62,080 bases of DNA, filler included, from Candidatus Rokuibacteriota bacterium (GCA_031406795.1; 8 parts of 8 records of this genome joined end to end with filler, not necessarily neighbours in it), one strand, 5' to 3'. Positions 19,288-30,909 are shown, counted from the first letter of the whole stretch. The notes: generated from the letters alone by a model not told the origin. A program made the numbers and translations.

Positions 19288-20025
19288 GGCCGCCAGGCCG
19301 TAGGCCCATTTGCGGGTGTGCGAGATCGAGATGCGGACGTTCGCGAGCACGACGCCCTCCGGCGCCGCCACGAGCCGCGGCGCGCCGCTGGCATGGTGCC
19401 CGAGATGGAAATCCCGGGGAGCGGCCGGAGCGGCCGCGCCCGCATCGGACCACAACCCGACCAGCGCGCGCTTGAGCGCCAGAAATCCCGCGAGACTCTG
19501 CACCCGGCGACTGCCGAGATCGGCGATCTCCGGGCGCGAGAAGTGCTCCTCCTCGATCCGTTCACGGCCGGCCGACACCGCCGCGACCTCGAGTGCCTCG
19601 CGCCGCGAACCGCCGAGGCGCACCAGGTACGCCTCGACCACGATCTCGCCGCGCCCGGGGAGGAACCGCTCGTCGAAAACCACCCGCACCGCCTCGATGC
19701 CGTGCCGCTCCTCGAACCCCGGGGTCAGAACGATCTGCTGCTCGGGGGCTCCCGAGCGGTACAGGCATTCGACTTCCGGGAAGGAATACGCCGCGCCGAG
19801 CGCCTTGCAGAAGGCCTCCTTGCAGCAGAAGGCGGCGCAGAACGCCTGCGCAGCCTGCGGCTGGGCCGCGAGGTGCCCGGCTTCGCGCGCGGAGTAGACG
19901 TGCCGCCAGGGCTTGTCGCCGGCCGCGAGCTTCTCGAAACGCGCCACCTGTTCGGCGTCCAGGCCGATCCCGGGCAGCACGCGCGCCGGGGGGGCCTCGT
20001 CGTTGCGGCAGGGCACTGCCGTCAT
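19276..20025 (-). CDS. 4'-phosphopantetheinyl transferase with two tandem AcpS-like domains
   Basis: Domain 1 GIGLDAE..RF...FCCKEAFCKALG; domain 2 FS..EI...SLAGFLALKRAL...SGAPRL...ISISH. Confidence 0.75.
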   Translation of the reverse strand: MTAVPCRNDEAPPARVLPGIGLDAEQVARFEKLAAGDKPWRHVYSAREAGHLAAQPQAAQAFCAAFCCKEAFCKALGAAYSFPEVECLYRSGAPEQQIVLTPGFEERHGIEAVRVVFDERFLPGRGEIVVEAYLVRLGGSRREALEVAAVSAGRERIEEEHFSRPEIADLGSRRVQSLAGFLALKRALVGLWSDAGAAAPAAPRDFHLGHHASGAPRLVAAPEGVVLANVRISISHTRKWAYGLAAAGR

Positions 20026-20210
20026 TTCACGCCACCGTCAACCCGCACCTCGCACCCCTCGCCTCTGTTCGGCCCGCATATCATAGCCGATCGGGCCGGG
20101 GCGAATCCGCCCCGGCGGGTGAAACCGTCGATGTCATCCGCCCCAAATCCGCGAGTAACGCGCGGATCAGTTGAGGCAGGCTTGTTGGCTGGTCTTGTTT
20201 TTCGGGTCTG

Positions 20211-20354
20211 GCAGGCTGCTGAAAAATGGTCAAGGAACGTCATTGCGAGCGTAGCGAAGCAATCTGATCACTTGTAAAACGCCTGGTATTCATCAGATTC
20301 CCGCTTCGCTTCGCTCCTCGCAATGACAGCAGTCAGGGTTTTTCATCATCCTGC
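20211..20354. repeat. MITE-like nested palindromic element
   Basis: TIR GCAGGCTGCTGAAAAA / TTTTTCATCATCCTGC (14/16); inner perfect GTCATTGCGAG (20239-20249) / CTCGCAATGAC (20317-20327). Confidence 0.8.
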
Positions 20355-20433
20355 TCGTACTACTGTGTCATACCGGCCTGTGCTGCCCGCTGCACGCCTT
20401 GCTTGACCGCTGCTGTGATAGCATAAGCGCACT

Positions 20434-21426
20434 TTGAACGATCGGAAGCAGACCGCATTTCACGACCTGACCCCGGACAGGGTGATCGCCCTGGTCGAGA
20501 CGGCCCTCGAGATCCGCTGCACCAACTTGTTCCGTCCCCTCAACAGCTACATCAACCGCGTCTACGAACTGGAACGCGAAGACGGCGCCGGCCTGGTGGC
20601 CAAGTTCTACCGCCCGGGGCGCTGGTCGAAGGACGCCCTGCAGGACGAGCACGATTTCATGCGCCGGCTGGTGGAGGCGGAGGTTCCCGTCATCGCCCCG
20701 CTGCCCTTGCGGGGCGGCGGGACGCTCGGAAGCCACGACGGCATGCACTTCGCCGTCTACCCGAAGAAGAGCGGCCGCACGTTCGACGAATACACCGATG
20801 GGCAGTGGCTGGAACTGGGGCGGCTGCTCGGCCGCGTCCACGCCGTGGGGGCCGCACTGCACCCGCGGGACAGAATCACGATGGCGCCGGACCGATCGAC
20901 GAGGAGCCAGACCGACTACATCCTCGCGGGCACTTTCATCCCGGAGGAACTGACGGGACGGTTCCGCGACCTGACGAGCACCCTCATCGAGGAGATCGCC
21001 CCGATGTTCCGCGACGCCGAGATGATCTGCATCCACGGCGACTGCCACATCTCCAATCTCATCCACCGCCCCGGCGAGTCCTTCTTCATCATCGACTTCG
21101 ACGACATGGCGGTCGGCCCGCCGGTCCAGGACTTCTGGATGCTGCTGCCGGGCTACCGGGGCGAATCGCTCGCCGAAATCGACATCTTCCTGGAAGGCTA
21201 CGAGACGTTCAGGCCGTTCGACCGGCGCACCCTGCGGCTGATCGGGCCGCTGCGGGCGATGCGCTTCATCCACTACATGGCCTGGTGCGCGCACCAGGTC
21301 GCCGAGGACGGACACTCCCGCGTCGCCCCGGACTTCGGGACCCGCGACTACTGGCTGCGCGAGCTGGGGGATCTGGAAACGCAGCGGGAGCGGATCAGGA
21401 CGAGCTTGCGCCGAAACGAGGAATAG
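20434..21426 (+). CDS. srkA: Stress response Ser/Thr kinase SrkA (RdoA/YihE)
   Basis: LNSYINRVY, KFYRPGRWS, IHGDCHISN, IDFDD, GPPVQDFWMLL. Confidence 0.92.
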   Translation: MNDRKQTAFHDLTPDRVIALVETALEIRCTNLFRPLNSYINRVYELEREDGAGLVAKFYRPGRWSKDALQDEHDFMRRLVEAEVPVIAPLPLRGGGTLGSHDGMHFAVYPKKSGRTFDEYTDGQWLELGRLLGRVHAVGAALHPRDRITMAPDRSTRSQTDYILAGTFIPEELTGRFRDLTSTLIEEIAPMFRDAEMICIHGDCHISNLIHRPGESFFIIDFDDMAVGPPVQDFWMLLPGYRGESLAEIDIFLEGYETFRPFDRRTLRLIGPLRAMRFIHYMAWCAHQVAEDGHSRVAPDFGTRDYWLRELGDLETQRERIRTSLRRNEE

Positions 21427-22717
21427 CGGCGGCGTTCAGGGTGAAGCGGAAGGTGGCACCCTGGCCTTCGCCGGCGGATTCCACCCAGATCCTGCCGCCG
21501 TGCACCTCCACGATCCGCTTGACCAGCGCCAGCCCAAGGCCCGTTCCCGAGGTGCCCGGATCGAGTTTCTCGAACGAATCGAAGATCTTCGTCTGGTGCC
21601 GCGAGTCGATCCCGCCGCCGTTGTCGCGCACGAAGATCACCGTCTCGCCCCCGTCGCGTTCGAAGCCGATCTCCACGCGCGGCGCGCGCTGATCGCCCAT
21701 GAACTTGACGGCGTTGTCCACCAGGTTCTGAAAGACCTCCACCAGGCGCGGACGGTCGCCGTGGAGCACCAGCGGTTCCAAGGCGACTTTGATCACGACG
21801 CCCCGTCCGGCGACAGACCCGGCAACCGCGTCGAGGGCCTCCCGCACGACGTCCTGGAACGGCGCATCCACGTGCGGGTTGTTCTGGTGCCCGACGCGCA
21901 ACAGGCCGCTCAGCTCAGCCAGCAGCCGGAACATCTTGTCCGCCGCCTTGCGGATGGCTTCCAGGTTGTTGCCGATCGCTCCGGCGTCCTGCTTGCGGAT
22001 GTCCCCGACCAGAAAGCCGAGGTAGGTGGAGATCGTGCACAGGGGGCTTTTCAGGTCATGCGACACCGCGGAGGTGAAGCGCTCGAGCACGGCGTTTTTT
22101 TCCGCCAACTCGCGTTCGTGATCCTGCAGCACCTCCTCCACCCGCTTGAGTGCGCTGATGTCGATCAGCACCGCGCGACACACCGGAACGCCGCTCCCGG
22201 GATCCCGCCGCATCGTTGCGTCGATCCGCGCCCAGAACGGGGCGGCCGCCGCGCACCGCAGGCGCAACTCGCACCCCTGCGGCGCGCCCGTGGCGAGGAG
22301 CCTCGTCCGGTGCGCGTGGTAGAGGCCCTGATCTTCGGGGAGGACGTAACGGGCGAGCGGCTGCTCCAGCAGGGCGCCTCTTGCCACGCCCAGCATGGCG
22401 CTCGCGGTGAGATTGGCCTCCAGGATCAGGCCTTGCTCGCTGAGCGTGCAATAGCCGACGGGTGCCAGATCGTACAGGTCGAAATACCGCGCGCGCGAGG
22501 CTTCGAGTTCCTCGTGCGTCCGGCGCAGCTCCTCGTTCTGCATCTCCAGTTCGATCTGGTGCACCTGCAGCTCATGAAGCAACTTCGGATCTTCCTCGGG
22601 GGAAACCGCCGCCAGGTTTTCCGGGCTCCGCGTGCTTTTGCCCCGGATCTTGTCCTCTGCCCGCCGGCGGAGATCCCCCGGTTTCGCCTCATCCACGGTC
22701 GACACGTGAGCCCTCAC
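21395..22717 (-). CDS. Cytoplasmic PAS sensor histidine kinase
   Basis: HELQVHQIELEMQNEELR coil, PAS, VSHDLKSPL H-box, NLVDNAVKF, DNGGGI, GTGLGL; 3' end overlaps srkA. Confidence 0.93.
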   Translation of the reverse strand: MRAHVSTVDEAKPGDLRRRAEDKIRGKSTRSPENLAAVSPEEDPKLLHELQVHQIELEMQNEELRRTHEELEASRARYFDLYDLAPVGYCTLSEQGLILEANLTASAMLGVARGALLEQPLARYVLPEDQGLYHAHRTRLLATGAPQGCELRLRCAAAAPFWARIDATMRRDPGSGVPVCRAVLIDISALKRVEEVLQDHERELAEKNAVLERFTSAVSHDLKSPLCTISTYLGFLVGDIRKQDAGAIGNNLEAIRKAADKMFRLLAELSGLLRVGHQNNPHVDAPFQDVVREALDAVAGSVAGRGVVIKVALEPLVLHGDRPRLVEVFQNLVDNAVKFMGDQRAPRVEIGFERDGGETVIFVRDNGGGIDSRHQTKIFDSFEKLDPGTSGTGLGLALVKRIVEVHGGRIWVESAGEGQGATFRFTLNAAAIPRFGASSS

Positions 22718-22891
22718 CCCCGGTATTCATGCTGGCGCTCGCCATCCGCAATGGCTGGTGTCCCGCCGGTGACCAGACGGGCATGTTCACCGATGCACAC
22801 GACTTGAGGTCTCCCGCAGTCGCGTTATTCCTTGATTCCGCGGATCATCCTACCGTCGATCGAGGAAGTCAATGTTCGGTATTCGTGGCGA

Positions 22892-23036
22892 GTAACCCTT
22901 CAATGAGCGGTGGCCCGATGAGTACCGTTCGCCCAGAGCCCGTCGAAGGGCGCTTGTGGATAGGGCAAATTTCCGTTCATGGTTCGACAAGCTCACCATG
23001 AACGGAAAGAGTTTCCGCGCTTCACTGAAGGATTAC
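22892..23036. repeat. MITE/REP-like hairpin element, copy 2
   Basis: GTAACCCTTCAATGA ... TCACTGAAGGATTAC; internal hairpin CCGTTCATGG-TTCGACAAGCTCA-CCATGAACGG. Confidence 0.85.
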
Positions 23037-23237
23037 CTTGCCAGCTCGAGCCTTGACGGTAACTGAAGCCGACTGCTATAGATACGTTGATCGTGTGTAG
23101 TGCCGTGTGGCGGTGGAAGCCCATGGTTTGATGCTCTCACTCCCGACATGGGGGAAGGACGCGGCAATGGACTTTCCGAAGAGCGGCGATCTTAGCGGAG
23201 GCACTCCGCCCCTCCACGCCGTCTCCGGGAGCCGAAT

Positions 23238-25870
23238 GTGAAGAAGAGCACGAAGATCGCGAGCCGTGATCGCGGGGCGCCGGAGATTTCGCCCGCCAAC
23301 AGCCAGCAGGCGGCGGGCGCCGCCGCCTTCCCGATCGTCGGCATCGGCGCCTCGGCCGGCGGACTCGAGGCGCTGGAACAATTCCTCGGCCAGGTGCCGG
23401 CCGGCAGCGGGATGGCCTTCGTCATCGTCCAGCACCTGGACCCGACGCACAAGGGAATCATGCCCGAGCTGCTCCAGCGCCGCACGCCGATGGCGGTCGC
23501 GCAGGTCAGGGATCGGATGCGGATCAAGCCGGACAGCGTCTATGTGATTCCGCCCAACAAGGACATGACCATCCTGCACGGGGTGCTGCATCTTTTCGAG
23601 CCGTCAGCTCCCCGCGGCCTGCGGCTCCCGATCGATTCCTTCTTCCGCTCTCTGGCCGACGACCTGCAGGGATCGAGCATCGGCGTGATCCTCTCGGGCA
23701 TGGGCTCCGATGGCACGCAGGGGGTGCGGGCCATCAAGGAGAAGGGCGGGCTGGTGCTCGTGCAGGACCCCGCCTCGGCCAAGTTCGACAGCATGCCGCG
23801 CAGCGCCATCGACCTCGGGCTCGCCGACGTGGTGGCCCCGGTGGCGGAACTGCCGGAGAAGCTCATCGCCTGGCTCCGGCGCGGCCCGCACCCGACCGAG
23901 GGCGAACCCGCCGTGGCGACGCGGGACCAGGGCGCCCTCGAGAAGATCGTGATCCTGCTGCGGGCGCGCACCGGCCAGGACTTCTCCCCGTACAAGAAAC
24001 AGACCTTGTACCGCCGTGTCGAGCGGCGGATGGGCATCCACCGGATCGACAGGATCGCCTCCTACGCGCGCTACCTGCAGGAGAACCCCCAGGAGGTCGA
24101 CCTGCTCGCCCGAGAACTGCTCATCGGCGTAACCAGCTTCTTCCGCGACCCGGCGGCCTGGGACCTGCTCCGGGAAAAGGCCATCCCCGCGCTGCTCTCG
24201 GGTCTTCCGAACGGGGGGACGCTGCGCGCCTGGTCGGCGGGTTGTTCGACGGGGGAGGAAGCTTATTCGCTGGCCATCGTCTTCAGGGAGGCCCTGGAAC
24301 AGCTTAAGCTCAAAGGGCGGTTCTCCCTGCAGATCTTCGCCACCGACCTGGACCGGGATGCCGTTGACAAGGCGCGTCAGGGATTCTGGCCCGCCGCCAT
24401 CGCCACGGATGTTCCCGCGGAGCGCCTGCAGCGTTTCTTCACCCGGCAGGAGGGCGGCTTCCGGGCCGTCAAGGAGATCCGGGAAATGGTGACTTTCGCC
24501 ACGCAGAACGTGACCATGGACCCCCCGTTTACCAAACTGGATATCCTGATCTGTCGAAACCTGCTGATCTACCTGACGCCCGAAGCGCAAAAGCGGCTGA
24601 TCTCGCTCTTCCGTTACTCCTTGAACGCAGGGGGGTATCTGTTTCTGGGGAACTCGGAAACGATAGGCAACGCCGCAGGTCTCTTCACACCGCTGGATGC
24701 GCGGTCCCGCATCTACCGGCGGCGTGAGAGCGCGCCGCAGTTCGAGCCGGCGGCGCTTCCCGATTGGTATCGCCGCCCCGCTCCGGGGGTGTTGCCCGAG
24801 GCGGGGCAGCCCGAACCGCCGTCCAACCTGCAATCGCTCACCGAGCAGGTGCTGCTGCACCAGTATTCCCCCCCCGCCGTGCTGGTCAGCGACAAGGGGG
24901 ACATCCTCTATATCAGTGGGCGCACGGGCGCGTATCTGGAACCGGCGGCCGGCAAGGCCAACTGGAACGTCTTCGCCATGGTCCGTGAAGAGCTGCGCTT
25001 CGAGCTCTCGGACGCCTTCCAGAAGGCAACCCGGGACAGAATTCCCGTCACGCGCTCCGGCGCCCGGGTCGCGCAGGACGGGAGGCCGCACGCGGTGGAG
25101 GTCACGGTCCAGCTGCTCGAGAAACCCGAGGCGTTGCGCGGTCTGGCGCTGATCGTCTTCAGGGATCTGCCGACGCCCCCCGAGAAGAAGCCACCGGGAC
25201 ACGCCGGAGCCGGAGCGGCCGGCGGTGCCAGGGTCGCGGAGCTGGAGCAGAAACTCCGGATGGCCCGCGACGAGCTGCTCTCCACCCGCGAGGAGATGCA
25301 GACCGCGCTGGAAGAGCTCAAGTCCGCGAACGAGGAGTTGCAGTCCACCAACGAGGAGCTGCAGTCCACCAACGAGGAGCTGACCACCTCGCGGGAGGAG
25401 ATGCAATCCCTGAACGAAGAGCTCCAGACGGTGAACGTCGAACAGCAGGCCCGACTCGACGAGTTCCAGCGGCTGAGCAACGACATGAAGAACCTCCTCG
25501 AGAGCACGGAAATAGTCACGTTGTTCCTGGACAACGAGTTACGCGTGCGGCGCTTCACCAGCGGGGCGAACAAGATCTTCAAGCTGCTTCCGGGCGACGT
25601 CGGGCGGCCGCTGACCGACCTCACCGGCGTGCTGGTCTACCCCGAGCTGCCCGAGGATGCGCGCGAGGTGCTGCGGACGCTCATCTTCTCCGAAAAGTCG
25701 GTCGCCGCGAGCGACGGGCGCTGGTTCACGGCGCGGATCATGCCCTACCGCACGGTGGAAAACGTGATCGACGGCGTGGTGTTCACGTTCGTCGACATCA
25801 CCCTCGCCAAGACGCTGGAAGCGCAGCTGCGCGCGGCGGCGGCGCCCCCGCCGGCTGCCGGGAGCGCGCG

Positions 25871-25874
<4 letters not shown>
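23238..25874 (+). CDS. CheB methylesterase-CheR methyltransferase fusion with coiled coil and PAS
   Basis: IGASAGGLEA, VQHLDP, LSGMGSDG (CheB); IGVTSFFRD, WSAGCSTGEEAYS, CRNLLIY (CheR); EELQSTNEEL repeats; C-terminal PAS. Confidence 0.95.
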
Positions 25875-27787
<1,913 letters not shown>

Positions 27788-27952
27788 CTCCGGAATTGCA
27801 CAATCAGACAGCATCCGGCCCCGATCACCGCCGGTCGTCTCGAAATGCAGCCGGCGGTCCAACGCCTCCACCACCCGTCCAACAGACCTGAGACTGAATA
27901 TCGCCCAACATTTCCGGCAGTTGCGTGATGGCTCGGCATGCGAGTGCCCAGC

Positions 27953-27968
27953 AGGCACAGTTGATGCA
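27953..27968 (+). promoter_or_regulatory. Sigma54 (-24/-12) promoter candidate
   Basis: AGGCACAGTTGATGCA, GG-N10-GC spacing; 14/16 identical to the 29629 site. Confidence 0.65.
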
Positions 27969-28130
27969 AATCGATCCCAATAGCAACTCAGGCACTTGGC
28001 ACCGGGTTCGACGTGGGGAGGGATTTCGCAAAGCAGGTCTTTGAGCTGGCCTATGATCCAAGAAATGGAGTAAACTGGAACCATACCCTGGACTTCGGCC
28101 GTCGGCGAAGCCACGAACAAGGAGGAGACG

Positions 28131-29252
28131 ATGTTGAAACGAAAGTTTATTCTGGTATTGGTCGCCTGTCTCGCAGTAGGCTTTTCAACCTCGGCTTCCG
28201 CGGCCACAAGCTGGAAGCGGCTTGGCGCAAACCCGTTCAACCGTCCGCCGCTGAGTTCCGAGGCCGACCTCAAGCTCCTGGTGAAGAATCGAAGCGTCGA
28301 CCTCAAGACCGGTTTCACCAAGGCGGGTTCCCCTGAGCTCTACCCGGCGTTCATGGAGCAGTTCCCCACGGCAAGAATCGACTCCGTCACCGTGGCGCCC
28401 GGGGACACGTTTGTGTGGATCGTCTTCAAGAAGAAGGCCACCGGGAGGGTCTCGGTGCTCAAGGACGCGACCTGGAAGGGTAGCGCCCCTTTCGACGCGT
28501 ACCGTTTCACCATCGACAAAGACGGCAAGCGACATGAATTCGTGGTTCCGCTTGCCTGCGGCAATGTCGCGTTGAGAAACGTGACCCCCATTCCTCCGCC
28601 CCCGGTGGCCGCTGCTCCGAGACCGCCCGCGCCCCCGGCGCCAGCCCCGGTTGCCCCCGCGCCGGTTGCGCCGCCGCCGCCAGTCGCAGCGCCTGCGGCA
28701 GTCGTCGCCGCGCCGGCCCCCGTTGCGCCGCCGCCGCCGGCGCCCGTCGTGCCGAAACCGATCGCGGCCCCCCCGGCGCCAGTTGCGACGGCCGCGGTTG
28801 CCCCTGCTCCGCCGCCGCCTCCTCCCCCGCCGCCTCCCGTGAAGCCCCCGTGCGGGCTGCTCTTCGATGTGGGTTTTGCCCGCCAGCCTGATCCGGCAAA
28901 CTATGCGTTTGCGCGCGTCGGCTATGAGTTGCCCCTCTTCGACCGGCTCTATCTGATGGGGCTCCTCGGCGGTTCCGTTCGCTGGATGGGCAACGATGGC
29001 GGGAGCGCCTTTACCGCAGACCTGCTGCTCGACTACCACTGGTTGGGCGGGTTCTCCTTCGGCCTGGGTGCCGGGTTCTGGTCCGGCAACGATGGCCAGA
29101 TCGACCTGTTGGCCGATGTCGGCTATCTGCTGACCGGGAGCCCGGACAGCAGGAACATGTCCTTGCTGCTGGAAGCGCGGCAACCGGCTGACGAACTGGG
29201 AAGCTTCAACGAATTCGGCCGGATTGGCCTTGGCCTGAGATTCAGGTTCTAG
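28131..29252 (+). CDS. Exported protein: N-terminal domain, Pro/Ala linker, C-terminal beta-barrel-like domain
   Basis: Signal peptide (ASA-A), long P/A/V low-complexity tract, amphipathic strands ending GLGLRFRF; AAGGAGGAG SD. Confidence 0.7.
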   Translation: MLKRKFILVLVACLAVGFSTSASAATSWKRLGANPFNRPPLSSEADLKLLVKNRSVDLKTGFTKAGSPELYPAFMEQFPTARIDSVTVAPGDTFVWIVFKKKATGRVSVLKDATWKGSAPFDAYRFTIDKDGKRHEFVVPLACGNVALRNVTPIPPPPVAAAPRPPAPPAPAPVAPAPVAPPPPVAAPAAVVAAPAPVAPPPPAPVVPKPIAAPPAPVATAAVAPAPPPPPPPPPPVKPPCGLLFDVGFARQPDPANYAFARVGYELPLFDRLYLMGLLGGSVRWMGNDGGSAFTADLLLDYHWLGGFSFGLGAGFWSGNDGQIDLLADVGYLLTGSPDSRNMSLLLEARQPADELGSFNEFGRIGLGLRFRF

Positions 29253-29261
29253 CACTCCAGC

Positions 29262-29298
29262 AACCGGCTCACCCGGCGGACGCCCGGGTGAGCCGGTT
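29262..29298 (+). terminator. Stem-loop, probable terminator
   Basis: Perfect 15-bp stem AACCGGCTCACCCGG / CCGGGTGAGCCGGTT, 7-nt loop, 9 nt after the stop; weak U-tract. Confidence 0.6.
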
Positions 29299-29628
29299 CT
29301 CCCCCTCCGGCATTTCTCGACAGACGCGATCGGGTCCCGAACCTGCGGCAGGTCTTTCACCAACGTTGCAAAGACTGGTTCGTTGTAGCAAATGTTTCGA
29401 AATTGCATTACGAGACAGCCACGGCCGTTCTTGAAGGCGAAGCGCCGCGGGAAGACCGGAGTTCCAGCGCATTATTGCCGCGGGAGACCGGAAGCGACAG
29501 ACCCGCCCGCCCGTCTCATCGCACCGCTGAAAAACGCACCACTCCTCCAGTTGCATCCTACGGAAAATCTCATATCAGTCGGCAGTTCCAGTAGATGTGC
29601 GATCTCTCGGCTCCGTCGAACCGGCGAG

Positions 29629-29644
29629 TGGCACATTTGATGCA
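29629..29644 (+). promoter_or_regulatory. Sigma54 (-24/-12) promoter
   Basis: TGGCACATTTGATGCA matches TGGCAC-N5-(T)TGCA; AAGGAGG SD and start codon follow within 35 nt. Confidence 0.8.
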
Positions 29645-29677
29645 ATCTCTACCTAGGCAAGGAGGTCAGAGAAAGAA

Positions 29678-29887
29678 TTGACGAGCGAATTCGAAGTTCA
29701 GATTGGCTCAATTCTGGAAATGGCCGAAAGAATGATCGTCATTTCGGAGCAGGGGTTCGCGACCTGCAATGACGATGGCTGTCTGCTGCTCAACGGCCTG
29801 GTTCGCGAGTGCGCCTACCGGCTCAGGGATGCCGCCGAGCGGGAGCGAGCCGTTCATGCCACGAAAGCGAAGGGAGGCCACGCATGA
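29678..29887 (+). CDS. Small hypothetical protein with C-x-DDGC...CAY motif
   Basis: 69 aa, AAGGAGG SD, TTG start, first gene after the sigma54 promoter. Confidence 0.65.
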   Translation: MTSEFEVQIGSILEMAERMIVISEQGFATCNDDGCLLLNGLVRECAYRLRDAAERERAVHATKAKGGHA

Positions 29888-29928
29888 CCCTGGGAACGAT
29901 CCTGCTGGTCCTCATGGGAAGGTTGTAG
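29884..29928 (+). pseudogene. Internally deleted DUF3309-like membrane peptide (14 aa)
   Basis: MTLGTILLVLMGRL*: matches from memory the start (M.LGTILL) and end (L.LMGR.) of DUF3309 proteins; GGAGG SD and ATGA coupling. Confidence 0.55.
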
Positions 29929-30013
29929 GGCCGGAAGGACCCGATGGACTTAAAACCATGTGCGCAATCCCGTGCACGCTTACGAACAACAACGTCACCA
30001 AAGGAGTCAGACC

Positions 30014-30595
30014 ATGCGTAAGATACTTGTTCTCGCGGCTTTCACGTTCACGCTCGCGTGTCTCATGCCGGTTCCGGCAGTCCTTGCCGCCGAGGCTGAA
30101 GGGGGAGTCGTTCTCGCCGATCCCGGACCTCCGGGTCCGCCCCTGGTCATGGGCAGAGGCATGCACCGCATCGGCCTCGGGGTGAACTACTGGAAGACGA
30201 TCGACAATCTCGATCAGGACGTCACCTCCGACGGCTTCTCCTACATCCTCAGCTACCAGTACGCCCCCGTCTGGTTCGTGAAGGTCGGGACCAACCTGGA
30301 ACTCTTCCCCGACCTGGCCGCCTCGACGGACCCCGTGATCGCACCTGAGCTCTTCGTGACCTTCGGCGGGCTCTTCTACGGCGGCGTGGGGATCGGCATC
30401 TACTATCACGACGGCAACTGGGGCAATGCGCCCTTCTACATGTTCCGCGCCGGTCTCGACCTGCCGATTCTCCCCCGGCTGTTCCTGGACATCAACGCCA
30501 ACTACCGCTTCAACGACTGGGACACCCTCAATTTCGCGAAGGACATCGGCACCGACACCATCCGCCTCGGCGCCGCCGTCCGCTTCGTTCTGTAG
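30014..30595 (+). CDS. Outer-membrane beta-barrel protein
   Basis: Signal peptide MRKILVLAAF, aromatic amphipathic strands, ends IRLGAAVRFVL; AAGGAG SD. Confidence 0.75.
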   Translation: MRKILVLAAFTFTLACLMPVPAVLAAEAEGGVVLADPGPPGPPLVMGRGMHRIGLGVNYWKTIDNLDQDVTSDGFSYILSYQYAPVWFVKVGTNLELFPDLAASTDPVIAPELFVTFGGLFYGGVGIGIYYHDGNWGNAPFYMFRAGLDLPILPRLFLDINANYRFNDWDTLNFAKDIGTDTIRLGAAVRFVL

Positions 30596-30607
30596 CAGGG
30601 GGACGCG

Positions 30608-30898
30608 ATGAGCGAGAAGGAACTGTACCGGCAGAAGTACCAGGCGCAGCTGGACGAGTGGCAGGCGGATCTCGCCAAGCTCAAGGCCCGGGCAGCCGGG
30701 GCCAAGGCCGACGCGCAGATCGAGATGAACAAGCACCTCAAGGAACTCGACCACCGGATGCATGACGCGAGCGCCAAACTCGCCGATCTCGCCGCGACGA
30801 GCGAGGCGGGGTGGGACGCCGTCCGCAAGAACGTGGAAACCACCTGGGATGCGCTGAAGGCCGGCGTCAGCGCCGCTCGTGCGAAGTTCAAGGAATAA
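30608..30898 (+). CDS. Small coiled-coil stress protein (sll1863-like)
   Basis: KELY..K..AQLDEW.A....LKARA, W..V...VE..W..LK pattern. Confidence 0.65.
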   Translation: MSEKELYRQKYQAQLDEWQADLAKLKARAAGAKADAQIEMNKHLKELDHRMHDASAKLADLAATSEAGWDAVRKNVETTWDALKAGVSAARAKFKE

Positions 30899-30909
30899 GG
30901 AGAAACAAC

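Noticed and set aside
18122-19303. 393-aa plus-strand ORF and small ORFs starting inside the hairpin elements
   Set aside because: Antisense to murI or derived from repeat sequence; no recognisable domains
25329-25382. 21-nt tandem repeat AACGAGGAGYTGCAGTCCACC
   Set aside because: Encodes the NEELQST heptads of the CheBR coiled coil; no spacers, not CRISPR
28590-28850. GC-rich CCG/GCC quasi-repeats
   Set aside because: Coding sequence of a Pro/Ala linker, not an independent DNA repeat
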